Below, one piece after another: positions 28,550-41,310 of a stretch of 64,000 nucleotides of DNA. The DNA comes from Octopus vulgaris (lineage: Eukaryota): assembly GCA_951406725.2 (NCBI GenBank), contig OX597836.1, positions 1,116,001 to 1,180,000 of the forward strand. The letters are read 5' to 3'. The notes below the pieces were generated by a model. The model saw only the letters and a program-made list of their open reading frames with translations. It was not told the origin of the DNA and made no database searches. Each line of letters starts with the position of its first letter. The first letter of the stretch is position 1. A program made the position numbers and the translations under genes.

Positions 28550-29100
28550 AGATATGGAAGCAAGAATAATGTTCGTAAGAATTCTACGTCAATAAGGAAA
28601 CATTGTGTGGGACATCATATTTCTGACACCATAGTCATATCATAACTACGAGGAAAGTATATCGGAAATTTCAGAATGAAGTCAATTCTGAAAATTCGCC
28701 ACCAATATCGACAACGAATTTGCTCTTCGTTTATTGGTAAAGTTATTGCTAACAATCTATGCATGGCCTCCACCTATTCCACATACTTAGGCGGAGAAAA
28801 ACTAAATTAATATTTTTTCTTGATAATGGCCTTTTTATAGCCGAAATATTAAATTATAAATCAGCAGTTTCAAACCTGTGCAGTCGAATACAATCCTTTA
28901 TTTCAGTCTTGGATTGCAAAACTGCAGAATTCTTCACAATTGTTTAGATCTTACTACTTTAATGTCGACAGATACACATATCCGGAACGCAATTCCAAAA
29001 TCGTATCAGCATGATACAATATGCGAAAAATCATGCAACATCGAATTCCCAAGCAAAATCCTACTCCATGCTCTTCCTCCCAGTTTCTGTCTCTTAATTC
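28550..29100 (-). mobile_element. Possible decayed pogo/Tigger transposase fragment
   Basis: Minus-strand NINLVFL resembles the NI.L.FLPPN motif; little else recoverable. Confidence 0.25.
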
Positions 29101-29441
29101 AACCGGACATCTCCTGACATTGCTACGCGTAGGTGGCCTCGATCCGTGGAGCTCATGCCTGTGAAACGAATATTTTAACCCCTCTGCCATACATACATCT
29201 CCCTTTGAACACAAACACACGCACGCTCACTTGCTTTCTTTTTCCCCTTCAGCCATTTTTCTTTGGTAATAATAATAAACTTTCTAAAGTCTTAATCAAT
29301 GTCTTTCGTCTGCGCAGACAGCAAAGTCAATTATACAGGACGGAATATTTTAACACTTTACACAATCTCTGGACAAGCTACTGCAACTGAAGGACACCTA
29401 TAGACACACATATACTGACGCATGCACACGACCATACACAT

Positions 29442-29485
<44 letters not shown>

Positions 29486-29698
29486 GTATGTAGTGTCCAC
29501 GAAGGAAACATGTAAAAAGAAGAGAAGAGAGAGTAAAAAGAAAAGCCGTGTTTACATTTGTCCGGTGGATTTGATTATAGACCGCAGCGACGGCTAATAA
29601 CTTGCATAAAGTCTACAGACTTCTGTCGTGGGTTTCCATTTGCCAAAAGAAAATCACGCTGTTTAACGCTTCATTACGCCAGCCCCCACACGCACACA

Positions 29699-29733
<35 letters not shown>

Positions 29734-30105
29734 TATGAGAGAGAGAGAGAGAGAGAGAGCATGAGGAAGAGATTTGTAATGTTAATCTATTTGTCTGTAT
29801 GTACATATATGCTTAGCGAATCTCTGCTTTTATCCTCTGTGTCTATGTATGTGTATGTATATGTTGGTATATATGTATCCATCTATCTATGTATGGTTAT
29901 ATGTATGTGCCTGCATACACTTACACATTATCCACATACAATGCATCACAGAACATATAAGCTTACATCAACACACACTCATACAGACGTATGTGTGTGC
30001 GTGTGTGTGTGTGTATGCATGTTTGTGTATGTATATCAATATAATCTACATGGTTGCATAAACATACACATATATATGTGTGTATATACATAATTGAATA
30101 TGAAT

Positions 30106-30148
<43 letters not shown>

Positions 30149-30373
30149 CGCATATGTAAACGTAAAGTATTTATGTAAATATGTTAATATCACGTTTTCT
30201 GGGGACTCTTTTCCTTTGCAAAAAGCCACAAAAGGGCCAGAGACAAAAGAAGTTGTCATTTGTTGATTTTGTTCTTTTTCCCCCGCTTTTAATCCAAATT
30301 TTGTTTATCAATAGTTTTTGCCCAAATACGAAATTGTTCCTATTTCAGAAACCAATATTACAACATGAATAAA

Positions 30374-30587
30374 AGCGGTGAAGTGACAGAATCGTTTGTA
30401 TGCCGGACAGAATGCCTATCGGCATTTCGTCCGGCTTTAAGTTTTGAGTTCAAATTCGGCCGAGATCGACTTTGCCTAACATCCTTTCGGAATCGATAAA
30501 ATAAGTACCAGTTGAGTACTGGGGTCGATGCACTCGACTTAATTCTTTCCCCAAAATTGCTGGCCTTGTGCCAAAACCTGGAACCAA
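30374..30587 (+). mobile_element. SINE family A
   Basis: GAGTTCAAATTCGGCCGAGATCGACTTTGCC...ATAAGTACCAGTTGAGTACTGGGGTCGAT. Confidence 0.8.
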
Positions 30588-30624
30588 CGGAAATGGATGT
30601 TGCTCCGGTCTTTGGCTTTTTTTC

Positions 30625-30975
30625 TTTTATGTGGCTCTGTCAGTCTACTGCGCCCATGGTGGAGCACCAGCGCGAAGGGTTTAGTCGTAGAAATCGACCC
30701 CAGTACTTACTTTTTTCTCGAACTGGTATGTTACGGGGACGAAATCAAACCAATACCGGTTATCAGGCGGTAGGGGTAGGACAGAAGCAAACTTAATGAA
30801 ACACGCACAAGCTTATATACGACGGGCTTCTATACAGTTTCCGTCTGTTACTCAAGTTATTGACGTGTCCTGTGCTTATCATTGGAGCTACTTGCGCTAA
30901 GTGCCGCGCTGTGGCGCTGAACCCGAAACCACGTGGTTAACAAAGCGAGCTTCTTTAAACACACGGTCATGTATG
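30625..30975 (-). mobile_element. SINE family B
   Basis: GTTACGGGGACG, ACGACGGGCTTC, CTGAACCCGAAACCACGTGG. Confidence 0.75.
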
Positions 30976-32589
30976 CGCGTGGTATCTGTTGTCGCGGTTG
31001 TGTTGCTGATGTTTAGCCCTAGGTCAACTCAGACCGACCAGTATTACTAGTCATACCAGCTATATGAGCACCATTTTTTTTTAGATATCCTTTGTGGGAG
31101 ATTTAGTTGCTATTTCTAGCATATTGTACTGCCATGTAAAGGTCGTTTCCCTTTTGGCCCCTTTGATGGTTTAAGTGGTGTTCGCGTTGCTGCTGTTCGT
31201 TTGATACTTTTGTTATGGTTGTTGTTGCTGTTGTTGTTACGGTTTTTATTTAACCCCAGGTCAGCACTGACCAAGGAGATCGAATTCGAAACACTTTCAC
31301 AGCATATCTGATCTTTTATCTTTTACATGTTTCAGTCATTAGACTGCGGCCATGCTGGGGCATCGCATTGAAGCGTTTTTGTCGAAAGAATCGAACCAAA
31401 TTAACTTGTACCTCGTAGCAGGTCAGAGTTGACGTGTTGAACTTAAACGAAATACATTCCAACCGTGACATTACCAACTTTTCTGCAGAGGTCTGGTCTA
31501 CCTAGAACTACATTATCGTATGTAATCTCACTTTTAAGAGTCTATTCTTGTTCAATTCCAACGTCATAACGTTGGAGCTGAACAAGATTAGACTGTTATT
31601 TCTAGCAGATCTAGCGACCCTAATCAATAGAGCTGTAATCCTTTTGTGTGATATTTTGTTCCGGTTATCTGAGGTCTCTCTTCAAGCCCCTCTCAGGTTA
31701 ACTTAGCAGTTCATCGTTGCGGATCCCACACGATTAATAGCGGACAATTATTCTTCACACTTTCTCTTCAAATTTCTTGTTGCATTCTGAGAAGTGTCAT
31801 GAAAAAAAAAAAAAAAAAAAAAACTGTTGTTGTGTTCTGGGTTAGCAGAATCGGTGGAGTGTTTGAAAAGGTACTTAACAATATTTATTTGTTGAACGTA
31901 TGGTCCGAGATTAAATCTGACTGATGTCAACCTTACCTTTTATAATTCCTGGGGCGATAAAGTAAAGAACCACTCAAGTACTGGGATCGATTTAATGTAC
32001 AAAATATTGCTCTGGTCCATTTCATTTTGAGCGATTTCGGGTGTGTGTGTGTGTGTGGGGGATTTAATCAATTATATTAATACCAGTGCTCACCTGGTAA
32101 TTTATTTGACGACGTAGAAAGGATGAAAGAAAAAAAACTGACCTCAACGAAATTTGAACTCAGAATGTAAGAGACTCCAGAAATGCCTCTCATCATTTTG
32201 TTCGACGCTTTAACTATTCTCCTCGCTCGCGGCCCCAGGCATTGCATTAGAAGATCAATGTTACACCAGCCCAGCTTTGTCAGATTAAAGGCAACAGAGT
32301 CAGAAACACTCACTTTTCGTTTTCCAAACGGCGTGTGAGCAATGGCCAAAGCGTACCAATAATTTTAAAGTCGACTGAATCTAATTTGAGGGGCAATTGG
32401 CTGCGAGACTTGGACGGCGGTTTATGAACGCCTCTTCAAAAAGCGAAACCGTTTCTTCGTGAACTGTCAGAGAAAAACTGTTGAAAATCACCTGGTAAGA
32501 GAAAGTTCTCTTTCGAGCTGACTTGCAATGCTTCTACACACTGCTGAGGAGGTGAGTGCAAAAGTTTGGTGAGCAGGCCACGTTGTTCG

Positions 32590-32990
32590 AATGCTCGATG
32601 CACCGTTTCACAGTGAACTGGCAACAGAGGAAGCGCATGCAAGGTGCAACAGAGAAAGCGCTTCAGGGACACACACAAACCTCACTGAAGAGCTTTGCCA
32701 TCAATTCTAACACTTGGGAGACGAAAGCACAAGGACGCCCTGCATGGCAAAGCTGCACCAACAGACGTGCCAACCCCCTACGAACATAACAGGGTGGCTG
32801 GAGCCCAAAGCAAACGTAACCTATGCAAGTCCAGAGCCAACTGCTTGGCTTCAGCCCCAACAGACCACCAGTGCCCGACCTGTGGCAGAGCCTTCCGAGC
32901 ACACATCGGACAGATTGACCAAAGCCGGACCCACCGTGACCCGTCTTCTTCTCACATTTGATGTCAATGTCGGACGAACGAAGAACAGTA
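32590..32990 (+). mobile_element. RTE/BovB-type LINE 3' end
   Basis: TSLKSFAINSNTWETKAQGRPAW and HQCPTCGRAFRAHIG...RTH (C-terminal zinc-finger-like motif of RTE ORF2), frameshifted. Confidence 0.8.
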
Positions 32991-33419
32991 TTCCTTGTGG
33001 TTCTAATGTCTTCATGAAGACTTTCTCCATTAGTCTTGAAATCAGCAACATGCATCCTTTTGGTAGCAAAATACGAAAAGTATCGCAACATCACCGGATA
33101 CACTCCACATCACAAGCGTCGTCCTCTTCTCGTGGCTGTTTGTTGTTATGACAACAGGAAACAACAATAACAATATCCGCACCAAGTCTGTCTGTCTGTC
33201 TCTTTCTCTCTCTCTCTCTCTCTCTATCTATCTCTCTCTCTCTCTCTCTCTCTTTATCTATCTATCTATCTGTCTATCTATCTATAATGAATACATACAA
33301 ACATGTCAGTCTGTGTGTGTGTACAGAAACGTACATTCATATATATGTGGAGAACGAGATTAGAGAGACAATGAGGGAGACATTAAGAGAGAGAGAGAAG
33401 GAGCGATAGATCGATAAAG

Positions 33420-33479
<60 letters not shown>

Positions 33480-34084
33480 GGAGGGAAGGAAGGAGGATGG
33501 TGAGGCGGACATATTGTCATTCTTCTGAAGTAAACATCGTCGAATGGATGGAAGAGAATCCTGTTTTGACTGCGTTGTCTGTCTGTTTGTCACTTCACTT
33601 TCTTTGAGAACAATTCTGTTCATGCTTTGTACAAGAAGACATCACAGAGTCCACCACCGCCACTCACAACACTTCACAACACGACGCCAACAACAACGAC
33701 AGCAACGTTGATAATGAAAATAAAAATGTAACAAATGACAACGGCAGCATCCCCAGCAGCAGCATCAGCAGCAGCAGCAACAGCAGCATCATCATCAGCA
33801 TCATCATCAGCAGGCAGTCAGTCGGTCGCACTTGTTCTGCTGTGACAACAGTGATTACCACCTTCACCAACACCACGACCACCACCGTCGCCACTGAGGC
33901 TGGCGCGTCGTCGCAATCACCGCTGTCACCAACAGCATCATCATCATCATCATCATCGTCATCATGCGTGTCGTCATCGTCATGTTTATCTCTCTCATAA
34001 CCTTCATCATAACCGATTTCGTTTCCATCAAGCAAATCGTGGTTACAGCCATCTTTGGCAAAATGCGTTTTATGTGTAAGCACA

Positions 34085-34116
<32 letters not shown>

Positions 34117-34929
34117 CCCACCCACCCACCCACGCACCCACGCACGCCGAATCGTTATAGCAAAGTGAAAATGCGACGGTTCAAGCGAAGGACATCAATG
34201 AAAACATCATCATCATCATCACGACGGAAAACGCCTTCTTCGAATGCTGGAAGGGGCATTTCAGACCCCTCCTCCATCACGCACCTTGTCCCAATCGACC
34301 CCAGCCTAACCGTTACTGCAGACAAAGCCGCAACCAGTGACACTTGCAGCCTCAATCCTTTCAGTCCCGACAATTCAGTGCCACTCTGAAAATGCTCAAC
34401 AACCGCAAAACCCTTGAAATCTGTACTATCATCGAAGAGATGTACACACACACACACACACACACACACGTATCTATCTGTTTATCCATATATAGAACTG
34501 TATATGTATATAAACACAAATAAACATAGAAGATGCACACACACAGATGTGTATTATTAAAACAATAAGTCCAACAAAAGGCGGTTAATTTCGTTCTATA
34601 ACACACCTGGGACTAATCGCAGGATTAACGTATTTATCTCTTATCCAATCATCTATCCATCTTTTTGTCTGTCTTTCTCTCCGCCTCGTTGTCTGTCTGT
34701 TTGTCTGTCTCTCTGCCTGTCTACATCCAGGATATAAAACTCGACCTTCGACGTTTGCTCCAGTGTCATGGCCTCCAGTGCACCCAGACAGTCTGTGGCC
34801 ATCTGCATCTCTTCACCCTCAACGCAATTCTGCCACCAATTTTAATTCTGTGAAGCTGAAGATTTATTTATTTCTTCTAAGCCTCGTTTGAATAAAATAC
34901 AAACATTCCACTAAGTATATTCACATCAA

Positions 34930-35500
34930 ATATGCCTATGTCCACACTGGATGGTCATTAAGCACTTTGAATTTATCGGCCTTTTGACAAATCCTTCAGA
35001 GAGTCTAAAATCACCTTCCTCACCAATGGTTGCCGGTTTAAAAGCCGACTGGCGGACCATGCAACAGACTGGGTTACATGCTTTCGAGAGGAGAGGAACA
35101 AAAGCAAACATCCAGAGCATTCTTCAAGGGAAAAATCAATCGAATCAATGCTGTCATTTGTCACCTAAACTCGTAGAAATACTCTGAGTTCCTGGAAATA
35201 CGCTCTTTTGTGGTCCTTTCTTGATTGTCCCAAATCAAACTTTCCAATGCTTTTCATCCGCCCAACTTTTCTCTATGGATCAGAAGCATAGTCACTGTCG
35301 CAACCCCCGTCATAAAAAGCTCAATCATTTTCACGTATTTTGCATAAGGAAAATTCTAAATATTAATTGGCAAGATAGAAATTCCAAAACCGAAATTCTG
35401 AAGCGTGTCAGAGTTCCTTGTTTATTGCTAAGTTGAAGCTGACCCACATCTGTTGAACTGGACGCGTTGGAAGAATTTCTAACAGTGGAACAGAGTTGCG
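34930..35500 (+). mobile_element. Decayed RTE-type LINE fragment
   Basis: LYGSE-like, HKKLNHFHVFCIRKILNINWQDRNSKTEILKR. Confidence 0.7.
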
Positions 35501-36039
35501 CCTATCAAATGGAAGATTAAATGAGTACTAGTGAAGTACTGGGGGTCAATGTAATCGACTTAACCCCTTGCACCAAATTGATGGTCTTGTTGCAAAATTT
35601 TGTTGTTTCGTTTTATCCCATCTCTGTTCTCTACGACGACCATAGGCAATCCAGAACGCTCGTTCCTCTTTCCGTCTATCTAGAGCTACATACCGCCAAA
35701 AGTGTGAGTTCAAAGAATTTGGCAGCTCCTTTCTCACCAATAAACAATCTTGCATAAACAGGTCTACCTCCGTATCTCTCTCTTCCATTTGTCCTTTCCC
35801 CCTTCCTTTTGTCATCTGTTTACCTATCGTTTTCATCTATCTTCTTCATCCATCTTCTCATCTATTCCTCTGTTGTCAGTTATTTTCTTAAGCAGGTTAT
35901 TGATATTTTCATCTCGTATTCTTATCCTCCTGGGTGGCATGCATTGATTTATTTCAGTATTAAAGGTAGAGCAGGTATCTCTCCTAGGTGTTGTTTTCGA
36001 GCGACAGCAGCTGTAGAGAGAAACGTACTGACAGTTGGA

Positions 36040-36150
36040 GACGTGTTGTTACATGTTTTCTGCTCGTCCCCAGCGATAACATTTAATAAGAAGCTGTTTG
36101 GGTTATTCTTCCTGCGCCTCAACCAGTCCTTTATCTAAATACCGTTTGGA
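36040..36150 (-). mobile_element. Possible mariner transposase remnant
   Basis: LRRRKNNPNSFLLNVIAGDEQ resembles FL.RIVTGDE; very short. Confidence 0.3.
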
Positions 36151-36340
36151 CAAAATGGAAAAAGCCAAGTAAAAGGAAAAAAATTCTCCTCTGACTGAGA
36201 TTGGAAATTGTTTTTAAGTTGTAAATATTCTGGGGTAAAAGTTCGTAAATGAAAAGAAAACTAGTTGCGAAAGATGTGGTAAATATAGTTTCTCACAATC
36301 GTCTTTCTGCAGTCACACACTGAAATACACACACATACAC

Positions 36341-36373
<33 letters not shown>

Positions 36374-37118
36374 TGTATGTATGTATGTATGTATGTATGT
36401 ATGTATGTATGTATGTATGTATGTATGTATGTATGTGTGTCTGTATGTGTGTGTGTGTGTAAAATAAATATACACATCAGTGTGTATATATGTATATGTA
36501 TGTATGCACATACTTGTATACGCCTCGATTTTTAATGAATACTTCGAGCTTTATGCATGCATAGGCACACATCAGTGCATTTGTGACTGCAACAATACAT
36601 TTGTCGATAAAGATATCAGCGCATATAACTAATACACTTGCACACATAATTCCAGCTCACCAGCCATAGACATAAATAAAACTAACTTCACACATGTCAA
36701 ATAGACCACGTATACATACATGCATGCATGCATAGATTTGACTAATCTGTGTCCTTCCTATGTGTAAAGAATCCACGACTTCATTAACAAGGATTATCAA
36801 AATCCTATTCGATTAATGATATTCTCTTTATTCCAGTTCCGATAACGTGGCGAGGGGCCTTGGGGATTTAAGTTTTCTACTGTAGCCTGCGCTTGACTGA
36901 AGCCATAAAAGGGGAATTTTGTAACTGGACACTCTGTGGAAACCAATCTCGAGCGTGTGTGTATATAATTAATGCATGCAAACATCCATACATGCACAGA
37001 CACACACACTCATATATATATATATATATGTATGTGTATATATATGTAAGTGTATACATATGTATACATATGTATGTATATGTATATGTATATATATGTA
37101 TATGTATATGTATGTATG

Positions 37119-37152
<34 letters not shown>

Positions 37153-37287
37153 TATATGTAAACATATACATGTATTTATATGTATTTATATATAACTGTA
37201 TATATAATAATAATAATAGTAATAATAATAATAATAACATCAACAATATCAAAGGGTAATTATATATATATATATATATATACATAC

Positions 37288-37364
<77 letters not shown>

Positions 37365-37811
37365 CTCAAAAAATATGCATACACCATAACAGTTGCTGAT
37401 GATAGCTCAATTTTAATGTGTTTTTAGCTTTGTGCCATTAGGAAGAAGTCAGGTAGTGAGGCTAATGTTTGAGCAAACGAAATTTGTGCTGAAGTGTTTC
37501 TGAACGTGGGAAAACGGAATCAATGTTCAAAGACGGGTCAGCAAAGAGCAACAAACAGATAAACCTGCGTGTCTTACAATCTAATTAAAGGTAATTCATC
37601 GTCCACGCAACCATTCGCCCATTAAATTTGAAGATGTTACAATTTTACAGAGTTTCAGTGATTTAGAGATCGGATTCCATGCAGCTCAGGAATTACGCAG
37701 CCAATTTCTTTCTGCAAGAATCCAAGTTCAGCCACACTTTGCTCAACATACATAACTTTATATATACTTTCATTCTCTAATAATAATTGGTAGATGTCTG
37801 CTCTCCAATGA

Positions 37812-38050
37812 AAGGCGGCGAGCTGGCAGAAACGTTAGCGCGCTGGGCGAAATGCTTAGCAGTACTTCGTCTGCCGCTACGTTCTGAGTTCAAATTCCGC
37901 CGAGGTCGACTTTGCCTTTCATTCTTTCGGGGTCGATAAATTAAGTACCAGTTACGCACTGGGGTCGATATAATCGACTTAATCAGTTTGTCTGTCCTTG
38001 TTTGTCCCCTCTGTGTTTAGCCCCTTGTGGGTAGTAAAGAAATATATACT
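37812..38050 (+). mobile_element. SINE family A, full length with 10-bp TSD
   Basis: A-box TGGCAGAAACGTTAG, B-box GAGTTCAAATTCC; TSD TCTCCAATGA at 37802-37811 and 38051-38060. Confidence 0.92.
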
Positions 38051-38210
38051 TCTCCAATGACATTTACATCAAGGGGGCAGATAACAATCATATCAGGGAA
38101 TACTTTCAGTTTACGGTTCCAGACAATGACCTCACGTGGGTTGGATTTCAAATCCTGAGCTGTTTTCATTCTTAGTTTTCACCAAAATTCCTTTCCTCAT
38201 TCGATCTCAA

Positions 38211-38299
38211 ATTTTTCTTTCTCCATCGTTCTAATATTTTTCTTTCTCCATCGTTCTAATATTTTTCTTTCTCCATCGTTCTAATATTTTTCTTTCTCC
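38211..38299. repeat. 25-bp tandem repeat, ~3.5 copies
   Basis: Unit ATTTTTCTTTCTCCATCGTTCTAAT. Confidence 0.9.
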
Positions 38300-39384
38300 T
38301 CACTTTATTCCACATTGTTCTCGTTCCAAAGACATTCTTCATCAAAAGGCAAATCGGTAATAATGGAAGTTATTGTCTTTGCTATAGGCTCTTATGATGC
38401 TTGTTTTCTTTTTGTGTGTAATAGGTAGTTCTTGTTCCAAAATTATTTAGTGTTAATTATCAAGGTGAGGTGTTATAAAATTGTAGCCAAACCGTAACAG
38501 GTTGGTCTGTTTTTTTTTTTTTTATCTTTTACCTGTCACATGTTTCATTCACCAACCGCGCCATTCTGGGGCACAGAGAAATACTATTTTACGCAGACAT
38601 CTACAAGCGCAAGCAATTGTTTTGTGCGCGTGCATGTCATTCCGTGTGTCAATCTCTCTCATTTCTCTTATATAGACATCAACATTTACAGAAGCCTATA
38701 CGACTACACCTGTAATTTGCATACATGTTACAGGTGAAACTGCTGCAAAGTTTAACATGTCTTTACATTTCCATTAATGGTACTTTTTTTACAGTGCCAG
38801 GTTGGTACTGAGGCAGCTAATTGCATTCTTATGAACTCCACTATCTGAGAATATGCAGACGTATTCGTTCATCTCTCTCTCTCTCTTCCTCTGACCTTGT
38901 CTCTCTCTCTTTCACTATATATATAATTAAATATATATATATATATATATATAATTATATACATGTCTATATATATATATAATTATATACATGTATATAT
39001 ATATATAAATATATATATAAATATATATATTTATACACACACATATGTATACTCACATACATATATATATACATATACACGCACATATCTATGCATGTAT
39101 ATATGCATGTATTTAAAACATCTACGTTCGTATAGACATGCACAGAGCCATAGTTGTTGTGCGTATGTGCATACAAACATATTATATATATATACGCATA
39201 GCCACATGTAAAAGTCCGCACCTACCTACATAAATATATGCTGCATTAAATCGCTAACATATGTAGAAGAAGATGTAATGGTTGACTTGAATGTGGAGTT
39301 AAACGAGGCTCTGCTGGTTGGAATAATTATAACTCGAAAGAATGGTGAGACACAAAGAAAACACACGCGCGTGTGTGTATGTAG

Positions 39385-39643
39385 GTATATATATATACAT
39401 ATATATATATATAAATAAATATGTACATATGTGTACATATATATATATATGAATATATATATTTATATGAATATATATGTACATATGTGTGTATATATAT
39501 ATATATAAATATATACATGTACATATGTGTATATATACATATAAATATATAAATATATACATGTACATATGTGTATATATACATATAAATATATACATGT
39601 ACATATGTATATATATATATATATATATAAAGATATATACATA

Positions 39644-39677
<34 letters not shown>

Positions 39678-39714
39678 AATATATACATGTACATATGTGT
39701 ATATATATATGTAC

Positions 39715-39748
<34 letters not shown>

Positions 39749-39832
39749 ATATATACATGTACATATGTGTATATATACATATAAATATATACATGTACAT
39801 ATATATATATATATATAAATATATACATGTAC

Positions 39833-39863
<31 letters not shown>

Positions 39864-40005
39864 AAGATATATATACATATATATATATATATATAAATAT
39901 ATACATGTATTATATATATATATATATATATATATGTACATATGTGTATATATATATATGTATGTATATATATATATATGTATGTATATATATATATATA
40001 TATGC
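39385..40005. repeat. Compound (TA)n array with recurring ATAAATATATACATGTACATATG unit
   Basis: Direct reading. Confidence 0.9.
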
Positions 40006-40371
40006 ACACACACACAGATATATGCGTGCAAGAGAACAAGGGAGAAGCAGATATAGTTGGAGAGAGAGAAACGGTGGCATTATCAGAAAAAAATACGAAG
40101 AAAATGCTTTGAAACACACACACACATATGTATGTATGTACGTATGTATGTATGCATTTATGTGTATATGTTAGTACGTGTGTGTGTGTGTGTGTGTGTG
40201 TGTATTGGTAGCTTGTTGTTGGATGATGATTCACTCCAGATGAATCTCTTTCTGTCGCTTCGAGTGTTGCACGTAGGCAGGAATTCTGAGCAGCGATAAA
40301 AGAAACCTTCCGATTCCACTGCAGATGCACACTCTACCACATGTATTGAGTACTTTCTTTCTTTTGTTTAT

Positions 40372-41310
40372 ATAAGCGTGGTTACGTGTTAAGAGGTTTA
40401 TTTCCCAAATCATATGGATCCGGGTTCAGTCCCACTACGCGACACCTCGGGCAAGTGTCTTTTATTCTCGTCTCAGTCTGATCAAAGCCTTTCTGGTGCA
40501 GGGAAACTAAAAGAAGCCGTCGTATTTCATTTATCCTTTACAGTCAGTAGATTGTGACCATGCTGGGGCATCGCCTTGAAATTTTACTCGAATGAATCGA
40601 CCCCCGTACTCCTTTTTTTCTTTTGTTTTAAGAAGTACTTATTCTATCGGTCCGTTTGGCGAACTGCTAAGTTACGGAGACACAAACACAAGACCGATTG
40701 TCAATCGATGATGGGAGACTAACACAGACACGAAGACACACACACACACACACACACGGACTCTATATTTGATATATACCGGTTGATTTAAGGAAAATCT
40801 ATTTCCCAAACACATAAGGTATAAAACCAGTGTTTCCTTGGATGTAATCATCTTTTTCAGAGGTTAATATATCCTCTAATTAACTTATATATATACGACA
40901 GGCTTCTTTCAGTTTCCATTTACCAAATCCTCTTACTAGGCATTAGTCAGCCCTAGACTATAGCAAAAGACACTTGCCCAAGGTGCCATGCAGTGGGACT
41001 GAACCCGGAACCATGCGGTTGGGAAGCAAGCTTCTTACCACAAGGCCACGCCTATGTATGTTCGTGTGTGTGTGTGTGTGTGTGTGTGTGAGGATATCTT
41101 CGTGTCTATGTTAGGTCCGCCACCACAACCTGACAAATGGTGTTGGTGTGTCTATGCCCCCTATAACTTAGCAGTTCGGCAAAACAGACCAATACAATAA
41201 GTACCGGCCGTTAAAAAAATAAGTATTGCGGTCGATTCATTCGACTAAAAATTCTTCAAGGCGATGCCCCAGCATGGCCGCAAGTTAATAACTGAAACAA
41301 GTAAAAAATA
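40372..41310. mobile_element. Cluster of SINE family B copies in alternating orientation (40372-40525 +, 40540-41053 -, 41095-41310 +)
   Basis: Head CCGGGTTCAGTCCCACT and its reverse complement AGTGGGACTGAACCCGG; tail GGCGATGCCCCAGCATGG and its reverse complement. Confidence 0.85.

Noticed and set aside
37812-37905. tRNA gene
   Set aside because: A/B boxes are present but there is no cloverleaf; it continues into a SINE body with TSD. The same applies to 48655-48797 and the weak tRNA-like remnants near 15450 and 29130
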